Shown: one piece after another, positions 47,248-58,321 of the stretch
How positions within the stretch are numbered: the stretch's first letter is position 1
Layout of the letters: every line of letters starts with the position of its first letter
The notes under the pieces: model-generated
Seen by the model: only the letters and a program-made list of their open reading frames with translations
Databases searched by the model: none
What the model was told of the DNA's origin: nothing
Position numbers and translations under genes: made by a program
Assembly (NCBI GenBank): GCA_964371945.1
Contig: CAYJPA010000018.1
Location: 244 to 64,243, forward strand
Length of the DNA stretch: 64,000 nucleotides
DNA from: an uncultured Sphaerobacteraceae bacterium
GTDB lineage: Bacteria; Chloroflexota; Chloroflexia; Thermomicrobiales; UBA6265
Direction of reading: 5' to 3'

Positions 47248-49029
47248 TTACGAGGAGATCGCTGGCTGAGGGCGTTGCGAGCTGATTACGGGTCGCTGAA
47301 TGGCGTCATACCAGATCGGCATTCGCATGGCGAGGTAATCTTTTGCGCGCACCAGATTGGTCTTGTAGCGGGTGTCGAGATTCGTGGTGTCGAGCTCCAG
47401 CGAGACGCCACCGATCCCGTTGCCGAGGACGATCAATCCGGGATTCGTCTCCGCCTCCTCGGCGACCGCGAAAACACCGCTAAATCCCATGTGCGGGGCC
47501 GCTCCATTTGCGAAGGCGATCATGGTGTTGGTCTCTCTGGCGCGCTCCCGCCACAGGTGAAAGTGCGCTTTGTCCTCGTAAAGCGGGAGGACGGCTGGTC
47601 CCGAGACCAGGGAGGGACAGGCGATGAGATCAGCGCCTTCGAGCGCCAAGCAGGTGGCGCTCTCCGGGAAGAAGGCGTCGTAGCCAATCAAAATGCCTAC
47701 CCGGCCGGCGGGGATGTTGAAGGTCTTTAGGTCCTCTCCCGGCGTCGCCCAGACGAGGTCCGTTTCAGTGAGATGGAGTTTTCGATAGGTACCGACGACT
47801 CCATCAGGTCCGACCAAGGCGGCGGCATTAAAGAGGCGATCGCCGTCCAGCTCGACAAAGCCGACAACAAGATAGTTCTGATACTTGGTCGCCACGGCGG
47901 CCAGATTCTGGAGTATTTCCGATTGAAGTGCACCAGCGATCCTCGCGTCGGATTCCGATTCGATTGGACCTGTGACGGAGAGCTCGGGAAAGACCGTGAT
48001 CTCGCCCTGCAAATGACCCTCCGAAACCTTGGAGATCATCTCCAGGTTCCAATGGAAGCTGCCCGGGGAGGGAGCGAATTGGAACACTCCAACCCGGCTC
48101 TTTAGGCCAGCAGGAAGCGGATTCAAGCCATACAAGCCGTGAAAATCCTGATCGCGCCAGCGATAGGTGCTGAGCGTGATCGCACCGTACGCTTCGGGGC
48201 GGCGATCCGCGAATTTGTCTTCGCTTCCCAATTTGTTCCAGTGCTTGTCGTGTGCCTTCGCGAGATCGACAGTTCCGTAGATGATCCCGTCCCCGCTGTC
48301 CTGACACGACTGGATTGTGCCGTCGGGGTCGATCACGCAGGAACCGCCTGAAAACTGCACGCCGCGCTCTACTCCGTACCGATTGGCAGCCAGGAAGTAG
48401 ACGCCGTTCTCGAGTGCACGAGCCATCCAACTTGGAGACGGGCAGGTTTCCGAGAGCCAGTTCGTGGGGAAGCAGATGACATCGGCGCCGTCGAGCGCGG
48501 GTACGCGCGCCGATTCGGGATAGGCGCTGTCCATACAAATCGTGATCGCGATTCGCCCAAGCCCGGTATCGAAGACCGGGATTCCGAGATCGCCGTCTTT
48601 CGCCCATTTCGGCTCGGAAAGGTAGGAGTGGGTTTTGCGGTATATCCCAATCAGTCCGTCTGGTCCGATCAATGCGGCGGAGTTGTAGTAGATCCCGGTC
48701 CCCTGTGCGATCTCGGGCATTCCGACCACGATGTAGCATTTGTTGCGTGCAGCGACATCGCCGAAAAGCTCGGTGGCTGGCCCAGGAATCGGTTCGACGT
48801 GAGGCGCGATCTCCGTCCGGCTCGCCCAGCAATAGCCGGTGGTCGCCATTTCGGGGTGCACAATCAACCTTGCGCCGCTCGCTGCCGCTTCTTCGGTCAA
48901 GGCCACAAGTTGTTCGATGTTGCGCCGCTTGTCGAACAGCGTAGGTTCGAATTGGACCGCCGCCACCCTGTATGGTTCGGGGGTTTGCTTAGTCTTTGTC
49001 ACCGGGCAGCGCTCCCTCGGGCTCCTCAT
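47248..49029 (-). CDS. Tandem carbon-nitrogen hydrolase (nitrilase superfamily) protein; second domain lacks the catalytic Cys
   Basis: Domain 1 has VHPEMATTGY (E), YRKTHSY (K) and ITICMDSAYPE (C). Domain 2 has VFPELSVTGP (E), YRKLHL (K) and ILIGYDAFFPE, with Gly (codon 47683-47685) where the Cys belongs. The start is uncertain: ATG at 49029, GTG at 49002 (with GGGAG upstream) or GTG at 48966. Confidence 0.8.
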   Translation of the reverse strand: MRSPRERCPVTKTKQTPEPYRVAAVQFEPTLFDKRRNIEQLVALTEEAAASGARLIVHPEMATTGYCWASRTEIAPHVEPIPGPATELFGDVAARNKCYIVVGMPEIAQGTGIYYNSAALIGPDGLIGIYRKTHSYLSEPKWAKDGDLGIPVFDTGLGRIAITICMDSAYPESARVPALDGADVICFPTNWLSETCPSPSWMARALENGVYFLAANRYGVERGVQFSGGSCVIDPDGTIQSCQDSGDGIIYGTVDLAKAHDKHWNKLGSEDKFADRRPEAYGAITLSTYRWRDQDFHGLYGLNPLPAGLKSRVGVFQFAPSPGSFHWNLEMISKVSEGHLQGEITVFPELSVTGPIESESDARIAGALQSEILQNLAAVATKYQNYLVVGFVELDGDRLFNAAALVGPDGVVGTYRKLHLTETDLVWATPGEDLKTFNIPAGRVGILIGYDAFFPESATCLALEGADLIACPSLVSGPAVLPLYEDKAHFHLWRERARETNTMIAFANGAAPHMGFSGVFAVAEEAETNPGLIVLGNGIGGVSLELDTTNLDTRYKTNLVRAKDYLAMRMPIWYDAIQRPVISSQRPQPAISS

Positions 49030-50848
49030 CGGCTTGCAGCTTGCCGGCCAATCCCCGACGCGTCGCTGCCATGCGGCTGGTCAATTCAGTGAAATCCGGC
49101 TTTCTAAAATTAAGTTTGGGTACCGTGATCGCCGGCATGGATGGACGCACGGGAAACTGCGGCAACGACGTCCGGCCGGCCCGCGCCGGCCGCTGCATCC
49201 AACGCTCGCGAATGTCGCCGATTGAGCGGCTGAAGGCCCGTTGCACATCCTGGAACTCGCGCCACTCGATCCGGGCGGCTTCGCGTCCTTCCGCGGTGCT
49301 GAGACCGAGATGACGGAAGCGGCGGCTCCGATCGTCGATTAACCGACGCGGCCCGAACCCGGAGAGCTCGGAGAGCGCGTTTCCGATGGCAATCTTGAGT
49401 TGAGCGACCGCACTCTCGACGTCCTCATCCGCCGGCAAGGGTTCGGGAACGATCAAATCGATCAATCCGAGCCGCAGGCAATCTCTGGCGGAAGCGACCG
49501 CTTCGTCGGGCTGATTCGTGATAACGGAGTGCTCTTGCATGAGGACGCGATCGCCTGCCATCAACACCATGCCCGGCAGTCCCCCGATCGCACCAATCCC
49601 GACGCTTACGACCGGAACCGGCATCGAAGCGATTAGGGACAACGACTGTGCCATTTTCAACGCCGAGAATGGGTCATCAACTACGATGCCGGCATTGCCC
49701 GTTTCTACAAGCGAGATCATCGGCAATTCTAAATGAGCGGCCAACCTAATCATCCGGATGAACTTTGAAAACGCCGCGGCGTTCAGGGGAGATTCGTTGC
49801 GTTGCACCCCGACGATCACGGCCGAAACACCGTCGATGCGTCCGATACCACCGACGATGCCGGGATGATCGGCGCCGGCGCGGTCTCCGCGCAGTTCGAC
49901 CATTCCGGTGGAGAGCCTGGCAATGTACTCGCGTGCGGTCGAGCGATTCGGCCGGAGCGCATAGACGAGCTCTTCCCTGGCCGGCGCAGCGCTTGAATCG
50001 GAAATAAGCAGCGCGCCCGTCGAGTGCTGCCGCCCACGTTCCGCGAGCATCTGGAGTATCCCGCCAAGCGTGTCGCGAATTTGTGACCGATCGATAATGC
50101 CATCGATCGCTCCGCGCTCGATCAGCGTCTCGGCGGTCATTCCAGATTGTTCGATCGTCTCTTTTCCGCTCGATAGGCCGATGTGGGCGCCCGGCTCCGC
50201 GAATGCGATGTCGGCCTGATCCGCGAGACCGAGCAGGACGTTCCCGGACGTCGGATGAGTGAGAATTGAGACCAGCGGAACACCGACGCGGTGAAGACGT
50301 GACGCAGCAGCGGCAAGTTTGTTCACCTGGGCGAGCGCGAGCACGCCCTCTTGACCTTTGCCGCTTCCGCCGGAGCAAAGAGCGATCACCGGATTGCGCC
50401 GTATGACCGCCTGATCCATCGCGAGCGCGATCTTCTCACCAGCGACGATTCCGATGCCCGAACCAAATACCGCCAGATCCAGCGCGATCACGACAACCGA
50501 GTTGCCGCCGATCTTGGCGGTACCGGTGATTACCGCTTCCGCGACGGTCGGTTGCTCTCGAGCTTCGGCAAGCCGATCCGCGACCGGCAATCGATCATGA
50601 AAAAGCAGGGGATCGATCGAGACAAGCTCGGCGCTCGTTTCCTGAAAGGTTCCCTCATCGACAAGCAGTCCAAGGCGCTCACGCGCCGGTAGCCAGAAGT
50701 GGCGACGGCAATTCCGGCATACTCGAAAGGTCAGGAAGAGATCGTCGTCCGAGAGATCGGCATTGCAGGATGAGCAGGCGAGATCGAATTCGTCATCTTC
50801 GAGCTCGTCCGGGGCCTGTCCGTTGACATTGATTTCCGGTTCGGTCAT
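48989..50848 (-). CDS. Acetyl-CoA carboxylase carboxyltransferase, fused beta (AccD) and alpha (AccA) subunits
   Basis: ATG after GGAGGAAC. The AccD zinc ribbon is CSSCNADL...CRNCRRHFWLPARERL. Two crotonase-like carboxyltransferase halves follow (GGSGKGQEGVLALAQ... and GIVGGIGRIDG...). 619 aa. Confidence 0.85.
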   Translation of the reverse strand: MTEPEINVNGQAPDELEDDEFDLACSSCNADLSDDDLFLTFRVCRNCRRHFWLPARERLGLLVDEGTFQETSAELVSIDPLLFHDRLPVADRLAEAREQPTVAEAVITGTAKIGGNSVVVIALDLAVFGSGIGIVAGEKIALAMDQAVIRRNPVIALCSGGSGKGQEGVLALAQVNKLAAAASRLHRVGVPLVSILTHPTSGNVLLGLADQADIAFAEPGAHIGLSSGKETIEQSGMTAETLIERGAIDGIIDRSQIRDTLGGILQMLAERGRQHSTGALLISDSSAAPAREELVYALRPNRSTAREYIARLSTGMVELRGDRAGADHPGIVGGIGRIDGVSAVIVGVQRNESPLNAAAFSKFIRMIRLAAHLELPMISLVETGNAGIVVDDPFSALKMAQSLSLIASMPVPVVSVGIGAIGGLPGMVLMAGDRVLMQEHSVITNQPDEAVASARDCLRLGLIDLIVPEPLPADEDVESAVAQLKIAIGNALSELSGFGPRRLIDDRSRRFRHLGLSTAEGREAARIEWREFQDVQRAFSRSIGDIRERWMQRPARAGRTSLPQFPVRPSMPAITVPKLNFRKPDFTELTSRMAATRRGLAGKLQADEEPEGALPGDKD

Positions 50849-50900
50849 CAGATGTTCCTCCGGATATTGAGTCTACCCGTTGGCAGCGCGAGCGCGCGGC

Positions 50901-51314
50901 TTAACTTCGAAGTCGTTCCATCAGACGGGGTCCGGGTTCAGCGAAGCCCACTTTGCGGTAAAGCTCGTGGGCATCGCGAGTGTGCAGGAGCCATCGGACG
51001 GATGCGAGGTCCGGATGGCTCACGATCGATTCCATCATCCAGAGTCCAAGACCCTGCCCGCGATGCTCGGCCGAAATGAAGACATCGGCAGCGTCGGCCG
51101 TGGTCACGAGATCGGTGACGACCCGAGCACAGCCGGCCATGTCTTCAGGACCATAAAGCCCAAACGGCACGGCAGAACCGAGCCACGAGCCGAGAACCTG
51201 CTCATGAGTGCGATCCGTTGCCCAATATGAGGACCGAATCCAGGCTGAAACTTGGTCCATGTCGAGGCGCTCTCGATTGGTGTCCAGTTGGTACTCGCCA
51301 CGGGTCCAAATCAC
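50901..51314 (-). CDS. GNAT family N-acetyltransferase
   Basis: The acetyl-CoA motif is FISAEHRGQGLGLWMMESIV, followed by AHELYRKVGF. The GTG at 51314 lies 10 nt after GGAGG. The longer ORF (to 51605) would overlap the divergent purK. Confidence 0.75.
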   Translation of the reverse strand: MIWTRGEYQLDTNRERLDMDQVSAWIRSSYWATDRTHEQVLGSWLGSAVPFGLYGPEDMAGCARVVTDLVTTADAADVFISAEHRGQGLGLWMMESIVSHPDLASVRWLLHTRDAHELYRKVGFAEPGPRLMERLRS

Positions 51315-51365
51315 GATTGCAAATCCTCCTGAACTGATCGTAGCGTCAGCTTCATCGAACCGGTT

Positions 51366-52544
51366 ATGCTCCGATGCATGAACAACAGCCATCCTATTCG
51401 AATCGTGGGCATCGTTGGCGCCGGACAATTGGCGCGAATGACGATCCAGGCCGCGATCCCACTCGCGGTTCCAATTGTGCTGCTGGCTGACCGGGCTGAC
51501 GATGGAGCCGCACTCGTCTCCTCCAATGTCAGCATCGGCTCGCCGAACGATTTTGCCGCATTGCACGAGTTTTCCAAGCGCTGCGATGTGATGACCTTCG
51601 ACCACGAGTTGGTTCCGTTCGAGTATCTTGAATGGCTTGGGGCCGCCGGCCGCACGCTCTATCCATCGGCGGCGACGATGTCGCTCGCGCAGAACAAGCG
51701 TCTTCAGCGAGAGCGTTTCGCCGAAGCCGGTTTGCCGGTGCCGCCATTTGCCACGGTTTTAAACTCCGACGATTTGCTCGAATTCGCGCGATCGCATGGC
51801 TGGCCGGCGGTGCTCAAAGCCGTGAGAGGCGGCTATGATGGTCGTGGCGTTTGGATCATCGATAACGAACCGACCGGAATCGAACTTGTCAACAACCTTC
51901 TGGCCGAACGCGTCGAATTGCTCGCGGAGCAGTGGGTGCCGATCGAGCGAGAGGTTGCGATTCTCGTCGCACGGCGCCAGAACGGTGAGACCACGGTTTT
52001 TCCGCTCGTCGAAACCGTTCAGGTCGACGGCATGTGCCGCGAGGTGATCGCGCCGGCTGACGTCGAACCCAGCATTGCCGATGAAGCGCACCGAATTGCT
52101 GAAGTCGTCGCCCAAATCTCCGGGGTGGTCGGTATTCTTGCCGTCGAGCTCTTCGTGTCCGCCGGCAAGGTGCTGGTTAACGAGATCGCGACCAGACCGC
52201 ACAACTCCGGGCACTACACGATCGAGGGTTGTGTTACCTCTCAATTCGAGCAGCATCTGCGGGCGATTCTGGACTGGCCGCTCGGTTCGACCGAATTAAC
52301 CGCGCCTGCCGTTGTGACCGTCAATATCGTCGGCGATGCGGACGGTTCCGACCCGGCAGCGCGATTAAACGACGCACTTGAAGTCGACGGAGCTCATATG
52401 CATCTCTACGGCAAGGGTCCACGTGCCGGACGAAAGCTAGGCCACGTCACCGTTTGTGGCGACGATGCGGAGAGCGTACGTGCCAGGGCCAATCTGGCTG
52501 CCGCCCTGCTGAACGGCCGCGCCCACGTGGGGGTTGCACGATGA
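51366..52544 (+). CDS. purK: 5-(carboxyamino)imidazole ribonucleotide synthase
   Basis: [13 protein letters not shown] is present, followed by an ATP-grasp core ([46 protein letters not shown]) and the C-terminal KLGHVTV. Confidence 0.9.
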   Translation: MLRCMNNSHPIRIVGIVGAGQLARMTIQAAIPLAVPIVLLADRADDGAALVSSNVSIGSPNDFAALHEFSKRCDVMTFDHELVPFEYLEWLGAAGRTLYPSAATMSLAQNKRLQRERFAEAGLPVPPFATVLNSDDLLEFARSHGWPAVLKAVRGGYDGRGVWIIDNEPTGIELVNNLLAERVELLAEQWVPIEREVAILVARRQNGETTVFPLVETVQVDGMCREVIAPADVEPSIADEAHRIAEVVAQISGVVGILAVELFVSAGKVLVNEIATRPHNSGHYTIEGCVTSQFEQHLRAILDWPLGSTELTAPAVVTVNIVGDADGSDPAARLNDALEVDGAHMHLYGKGPRAGRKLGHVTVCGDDAESVRARANLAAALLNGRAHVGVAR

Positions 52545-53044
52545 CTCAGAGGGCTCCTATCGTCGGTGTGATCATGGGCAGCGACTCGGATCTCCCAGTC
52601 ATGCGGCCCGCGGTCGACGCGCTAAGAGAATTTGACATCCCGAATGAAGTTCGGATTCTTTCGGCCCACCGCACGCCCGATGAGATGCTGGAATACGCTC
52701 GGGCCGCGGCGAATCGCGGGTTGAAAATCATCATCGCGGGAGCCGGGGGAGCGGCGCACCTGCCGGGGATGGTCGCTGCGGCGACCGCGCTCCCGGTCAT
52801 CGGTGTGCCAGTGCCGATCACGCAACTTGCCGGAATCGACGCTCTCTTGTCGATCGTGCAAATGCCCGCCGGTGTGCCCGTGGCGACGGTCGCGATCGGC
52901 AACGCCCGCAATGCCGGTCTGCTCGCGGTTCGTATTCTGGCGGCCTCTGATTCGGAGCTGCTGCAGAAAATGGAGCAGTTTCAGCGGGATCTCGCGGAGA
53001 CCGTGCGGGCAAAGGACGCCAAGGTTCAGGCGGAGCTCGAGTAA
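52541..53044 (+). CDS. purE: 5-(carboxyamino)imidazole ribonucleotide mutase
   Basis: The ATG overlaps the purK stop (ATGA). [20 protein letters not shown] and [14 protein letters not shown]...PVIGVPV are present. Confidence 0.95.
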   Translation: MTQRAPIVGVIMGSDSDLPVMRPAVDALREFDIPNEVRILSAHRTPDEMLEYARAAANRGLKIIIAGAGGAAHLPGMVAAATALPVIGVPVPITQLAGIDALLSIVQMPAGVPVATVAIGNARNAGLLAVRILAASDSELLQKMEQFQRDLAETVRAKDAKVQAELE

Positions 53045-53052
53045 CGACGGCC

Positions 53053-53085
53053 CCGTCCCCATGCCGTCCCCATGCCGTCCCCATA
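53053..53085. repeat. Three tandem copies of an 11-bp unit (CCGTCCCCATG; the last copy ends in A)
   Basis: Read directly in the 66-bp spacer between the convergent purE and pyrG stops. Confidence 0.85.
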
Positions 53086-53110
53086 CCCAGAGGAGAAGTG
53101 GTGCGTCGCC

Positions 53111-54880
<1,770 letters not shown>

Positions 54881-54925
54881 TTACATGTCGTCATCAACGG
54901 GCAAGCTTCGAGCTTGATGATGTCC

Positions 54926-55582
54926 CTAACGCTTCGCTGGCTCACTCTCAGGCGTGAGCACGACGAGCCGCAATGTGTCCGTCAGTTCGGATTGACGGAG
55001 CGTGAACTTCTCTTCGGGCTCCGGAACCGGCACGCCAAGCGACTTACAGAATCGACCGAGCTCGCCGAGGTTTCGATCACCAATTGGCGTTGCATATTGC
55101 AATGGAATGACGAGTTTTGGCCCAATCTGACTGATGACTTCCGCCGCCTGTTCCGGGCTAATGATGTCGCCGCCGCCGGCGGGGACAAGAAGGACGTCAC
55201 AGTCCTCGAGCGCTTCTGCCTGCTCACTATTGAGCGGATGACCGAGGTCCCCGAGGTGACCGATCTTCATGCCCTCGACCTCGAACAGGAAGATCGTGTT
55301 GTAGCCTCGATCTCTGCCCTGATTCGTGTCGTGATAGGTGCGAATCCCGGTAATGAAGACCTCATGCATCTCGTATTCGCCGGGACCGCGCACGACCTGG
55401 AAGTCCGGTTTGACCGCCGCCAGATTCGTATGTCCGGGGTGCTCATGCGAGATGGTGACGATGTCGGCCGTTTGTTTGGTCATTGCGTACCCGGTGATCT
55501 TGTCGACCGGGTCCGTCAGGATAACGGCCTCTTTCGCCTTGATACGAATGCAGTTGTGACCGAAAAAGCGGAATTCCGCCAT
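54926..55582 (-). CDS. MBL-fold metal-dependent hydrolase (UPF0173-like)
   Basis: MAEFRFFGHNCIRIKAKEAVILTDP ... ISHEHPGH is present. The maximal ORF (to 55657) adds a hydrophobic leader ending AAGC, so a lipoprotein form cannot be excluded. Confidence 0.7.
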   Translation of the reverse strand: MAEFRFFGHNCIRIKAKEAVILTDPVDKITGYAMTKQTADIVTISHEHPGHTNLAAVKPDFQVVRGPGEYEMHEVFITGIRTYHDTNQGRDRGYNTIFLFEVEGMKIGHLGDLGHPLNSEQAEALEDCDVLLVPAGGGDIISPEQAAEVISQIGPKLVIPLQYATPIGDRNLGELGRFCKSLGVPVPEPEEKFTLRQSELTDTLRLVVLTPESEPAKR

Positions 55583-55855
55583 AAATAAAGCTACCCATCG
55601 ACCACACCCGGCGGCGACGCCGAATGCGATCAGCAACGAGAAAACGCGCGCCGACATCCAGCGCGTGCATATTCGCTAATGTGCCAATGGGGCTTCCGCG
55701 ATTCGCGGTCGAGGGAGACGATTTGCTCGTCCCTGTTTTTCAGTGCCTCTCTTACTATACCACGGCAGATGCATGACGACTAGATGAAATCCGCGAATAC
55801 CCGAACAAATGAGTCACAAAAATGCGGACAGCGGAATTGGATTCCGAGCCCCGAA

Positions 55856-56515
55856 TCAGTCAAGCTCTTCTGCCTCCTCTTCGCCGCCAACTAGCTGATC
55901 GAGCACCTGTTTGATCACACCGTAGCCGTAACCGCGGCGGGCCAGAAACGCTCCTAGTCGCCGTTTCATGACCGGCTCTTCTAGACTCCGGTACGACCGC
56001 AGCTTTGCCCGCGCGATCTCGATGGCGCCGGTCAACTCATCGATTCCGGCATCGTCGATCGCGTTCGCGACGGTTTCTTGCTCGACACCTTTTGAGCGTA
56101 GTTCCTGTTCAAGAAGACGTCGGCCGCGGGGACGGTTGCTATCGCGGTTCTCCACCCAAAACCGGGCAAACGCCTCATCGTCAACGTACTTCCAGTCGCG
56201 GAGCCGGGCGATCACGCGATCAATGGTCTCTTCGTCGTATTCCTTCTTCCGCAACCGCAGATGGATTTCCTTTACCGATCGCGGACGGACGGTGAGCAGT
56301 CGAATCGCGGCGTCGGTCGCCTTCGCGGTTTCGTCGAGCTCCTGTAGGTCCGCGATCTCCTGGAGCGTCAGCACTCGATCCTTGCGGAGCTTGCGCTCGG
56401 CCACCACCGACAATGGCAAGCCGAATGCAAACACGCCGTCCAGGAACACATTTACGCGCTCTGGATTTCGCTTCTGCCGTTCGATTGCAGTGATTCGTTG
56501 TGCCGATCCGGTCAT
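55856..56515 (-). CDS. recX: Recombination regulator RecX
   Basis: ITAIERQKRNPERVNVFLDGVFAFGL is followed by repeated three-helix modules, as in RecX. The start was moved to the ATG at 56515. Confidence 0.75.
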   Translation of the reverse strand: MTGSAQRITAIERQKRNPERVNVFLDGVFAFGLPLSVVAERKLRKDRVLTLQEIADLQELDETAKATDAAIRLLTVRPRSVKEIHLRLRKKEYDEETIDRVIARLRDWKYVDDEAFARFWVENRDSNRPRGRRLLEQELRSKGVEQETVANAIDDAGIDELTGAIEIARAKLRSYRSLEEPVMKRRLGAFLARRGYGYGVIKQVLDQLVGGEEEAEELD

Positions 56516-56687
56516 GTCCGGGGCTCCGCAATGTTCTTGCCGTGAGGCTACCCTATCGCCAGCAAAGCCGGCGTGCAACTACGCGGAGCTCAACGGATCT
56601 GGGGCTGCAAACTCTCTTTGATTTGCTTGTCATGGCACGAGGGATTCGCGAACCGCCCGTAAACATGTCGAATGATCTTCGCCGCGC

Positions 56688-57293
56688 CTAATAGGGAATG
56701 ATCTCCGGGCTGGGGCCCGCTGCAGCGCAAATTGGACAACCGCCTTCGGGAAAGGCCTCGTAGTGGGTGTTGAGGATCCCAGTCACCGGATGACCGGCAA
56801 TACTGGGGTCCGCCGCGTTCCAAAGCGTGCCAATACCGAGTATGGTGGCCCCGAGTTGATCGATTGTTTGGGCAAAACGAGTCATCGTCACGCCGGTCAT
56901 GACCAGATTGTCGACCAAGATCACACGTTTGCCCGCGATGTGCTCCTTGAGATGCTCGGCGATCGTGATGCTGCCGTCCGCGGACGGTGTGGCGTACACG
57001 ACTTTCGCGCGAGGCTCCAGGAAGTAGCCGACCCACTGCGCGAGTCCGGCTCCCCAAATTGATGGCGACGCGACGGCGCCGGCATGATCGGTGAAATAGC
57101 GCTTGGCAAGCACATAGCCGAGATGACTGGCGACCGTTGGGTCCGCAAGCAGCATGTCGCGATCGAGAAGGCCTGCGCTGTGGCGACCAGAGCGGAACGC
57201 GAAGTGACCCTCGCGGAGTAGTCCATCTCGCCGGAGTCCGCTCAATAGTGTCGGGTCAATCATCGGCATCCGCTGACTTTCTTTGTACGCCAC
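56688..57293 (-). CDS. Phosphoribosyltransferase family protein (orotate PRTase-like)
   Basis: LLREGHFAFRSGRHS is present, and the PRPP-binding loop is RVILVDNLVMTGVTM. The start is uncertain: GTG at 57293 or ATG at 57263. Confidence 0.7.
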   Translation of the reverse strand: MAYKESQRMPMIDPTLLSGLRRDGLLREGHFAFRSGRHSAGLLDRDMLLADPTVASHLGYVLAKRYFTDHAGAVASPSIWGAGLAQWVGYFLEPRAKVVYATPSADGSITIAEHLKEHIAGKRVILVDNLVMTGVTMTRFAQTIDQLGATILGIGTLWNAADPSIAGHPVTGILNTHYEAFPEGGCPICAAAGPSPEIIPY

Positions 57294-57410
57294 CTAGCCG
57301 GCAACCTGTGCTGAAGCCGCGGTGGTCCGCGGTGGAATCCCGCGCAAGCATACATCGGGCCGAGCGTGTGGGGAGTTGCAGTCCGTGGGATCAGGCAATA
57401 GCCCTTGACG

Positions 57411-57695
57411 CTATGCGGGAGAGAGTTCTCCGTTACGATTGAAGATGGCGCGACTGAGCGCTGCCCCGCGATCATGCTTCGCGGCTCTGCTCAAGCGATC
57501 GAGGCTCTCTCGATCGAGACGGAATCGTTCGGCCGCCGCGGCCTGACCGGCCGCCGCATGGGTTGCCTCGATGAGCAATTCACCATCGCTCTCGACGATC
57601 CGAACGGAGTGCAGCCCGCGAATATCGAGCCAGGCTCCTATGACTCTTAGCGCTTCTTGGTAACCGCCCTGAAGGGCCTCGTTCTGTTTCATCAT
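57411..57695 (-). CDS. Hypothetical small protein (94 aa)
   Basis: MMKQNEALQGGYQEALRVIGAWLDIRGLHSVRIVESDGELLIEATH... The ATG overlaps the stop of the upstream small ORF (TAATG). Confidence 0.45.
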   Translation of the reverse strand: MMKQNEALQGGYQEALRVIGAWLDIRGLHSVRIVESDGELLIEATHAAAGQAAAAERFRLDRESLDRLSRAAKHDRGAALSRAIFNRNGELSPA

Positions 57696-57913
57696 TACTC
57701 CCAACGCCAATGGCGCAATGGGTTTCGAGGCGAGTCGTCGCCTTCGACCTCGGGCTGATGTCCCGCTTCGCAACTGGCGCTTGAATCGACCCGGCTGTCG
57801 CCGGCGACAAGGTGCTCGACTTTGTTCGCCAATTGCTCCAACCGTTTAGCGAGTGATTCAATCCCGGCTACGTTCTGGCGGGTCGAGTGGACGTTCCGAT
57901 CTTGCGAGGGCAT
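57695..57913 (-). CDS. Hypothetical small protein (72 aa) with a predicted coiled-coil segment
   Basis: VAGIESLAKRLEQLANKVEHL shows a heptad-like pattern, and the C-terminal half is acidic. It is translationally coupled to the next ORF. Confidence 0.4.
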   Translation of the reverse strand: MPSQDRNVHSTRQNVAGIESLAKRLEQLANKVEHLVAGDSRVDSSASCEAGHQPEVEGDDSPRNPLRHWRWE

Positions 57914-57966
57914 CGCGGGCCTACCCCAAGGCGTAGCGATCGATCAGCGGGATCGATCGAAACGAA

Positions 57967-58125
57967 TTACGAAATGCCGTTGACGATCATCATCAATGCG
58001 GCCACGATTACGATCCCAAGCGCAACGGTTTTCAGGACCGAACCCGCGATGACCGAAAGTCGAAACTCTGATTCCTCACGACGACCATACTCTCCACCGA
58101 TCCTCACCTCGTCCTGCAGGGCCAC
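57967..58125 (-). CDS. Possible tail-anchored micro-protein (46-52 aa)
   Basis: Below the ORF-track cutoff. GTG starts are at 58125 or 58107. The sequence ...EYGRREESEFRLSVIAGSVLKTVALGIVIVAALMMIVNGIS, stop, has a charged head and a single C-terminal TM helix. Confidence 0.3.
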   Translation of the reverse strand: MALQDEVRIGGEYGRREESEFRLSVIAGSVLKTVALGIVIVAALMMIVNGIS

Positions 58126-58321
58126 CTTCGATCGTCTCCGTGGACCACCGCGCGCTGACGCGCCGGCGGGACTGATCCGGCTTCAACACTCCTGGTATAG
58201 GCCGTTCTTCCTATGACCTTAAGGCTACTCTGGTTGGGAGAATCGTCCATGACCGGATCGTCCTATGGAATCGGGAGTTTGCGCCCGCGTCCAAAGTACG
58301 AACGTCTTGCTGGATGCCTGT

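Noticed and set aside
47828-48832. 334-aa alternative-frame ORF within the tandem nitrilase gene
   Set aside because: It is on the same strand but out of frame with a gene carrying two clear CN-hydrolase motif sets. Its product is Arg-rich and of low complexity.
53053-53085. Tandem repeat considered as a CRISPR or mini-CRISPR
   Set aside because: The units are 11 bp and directly abutting with no spacers, and no cas genes are present. It is a simple tandem repeat.
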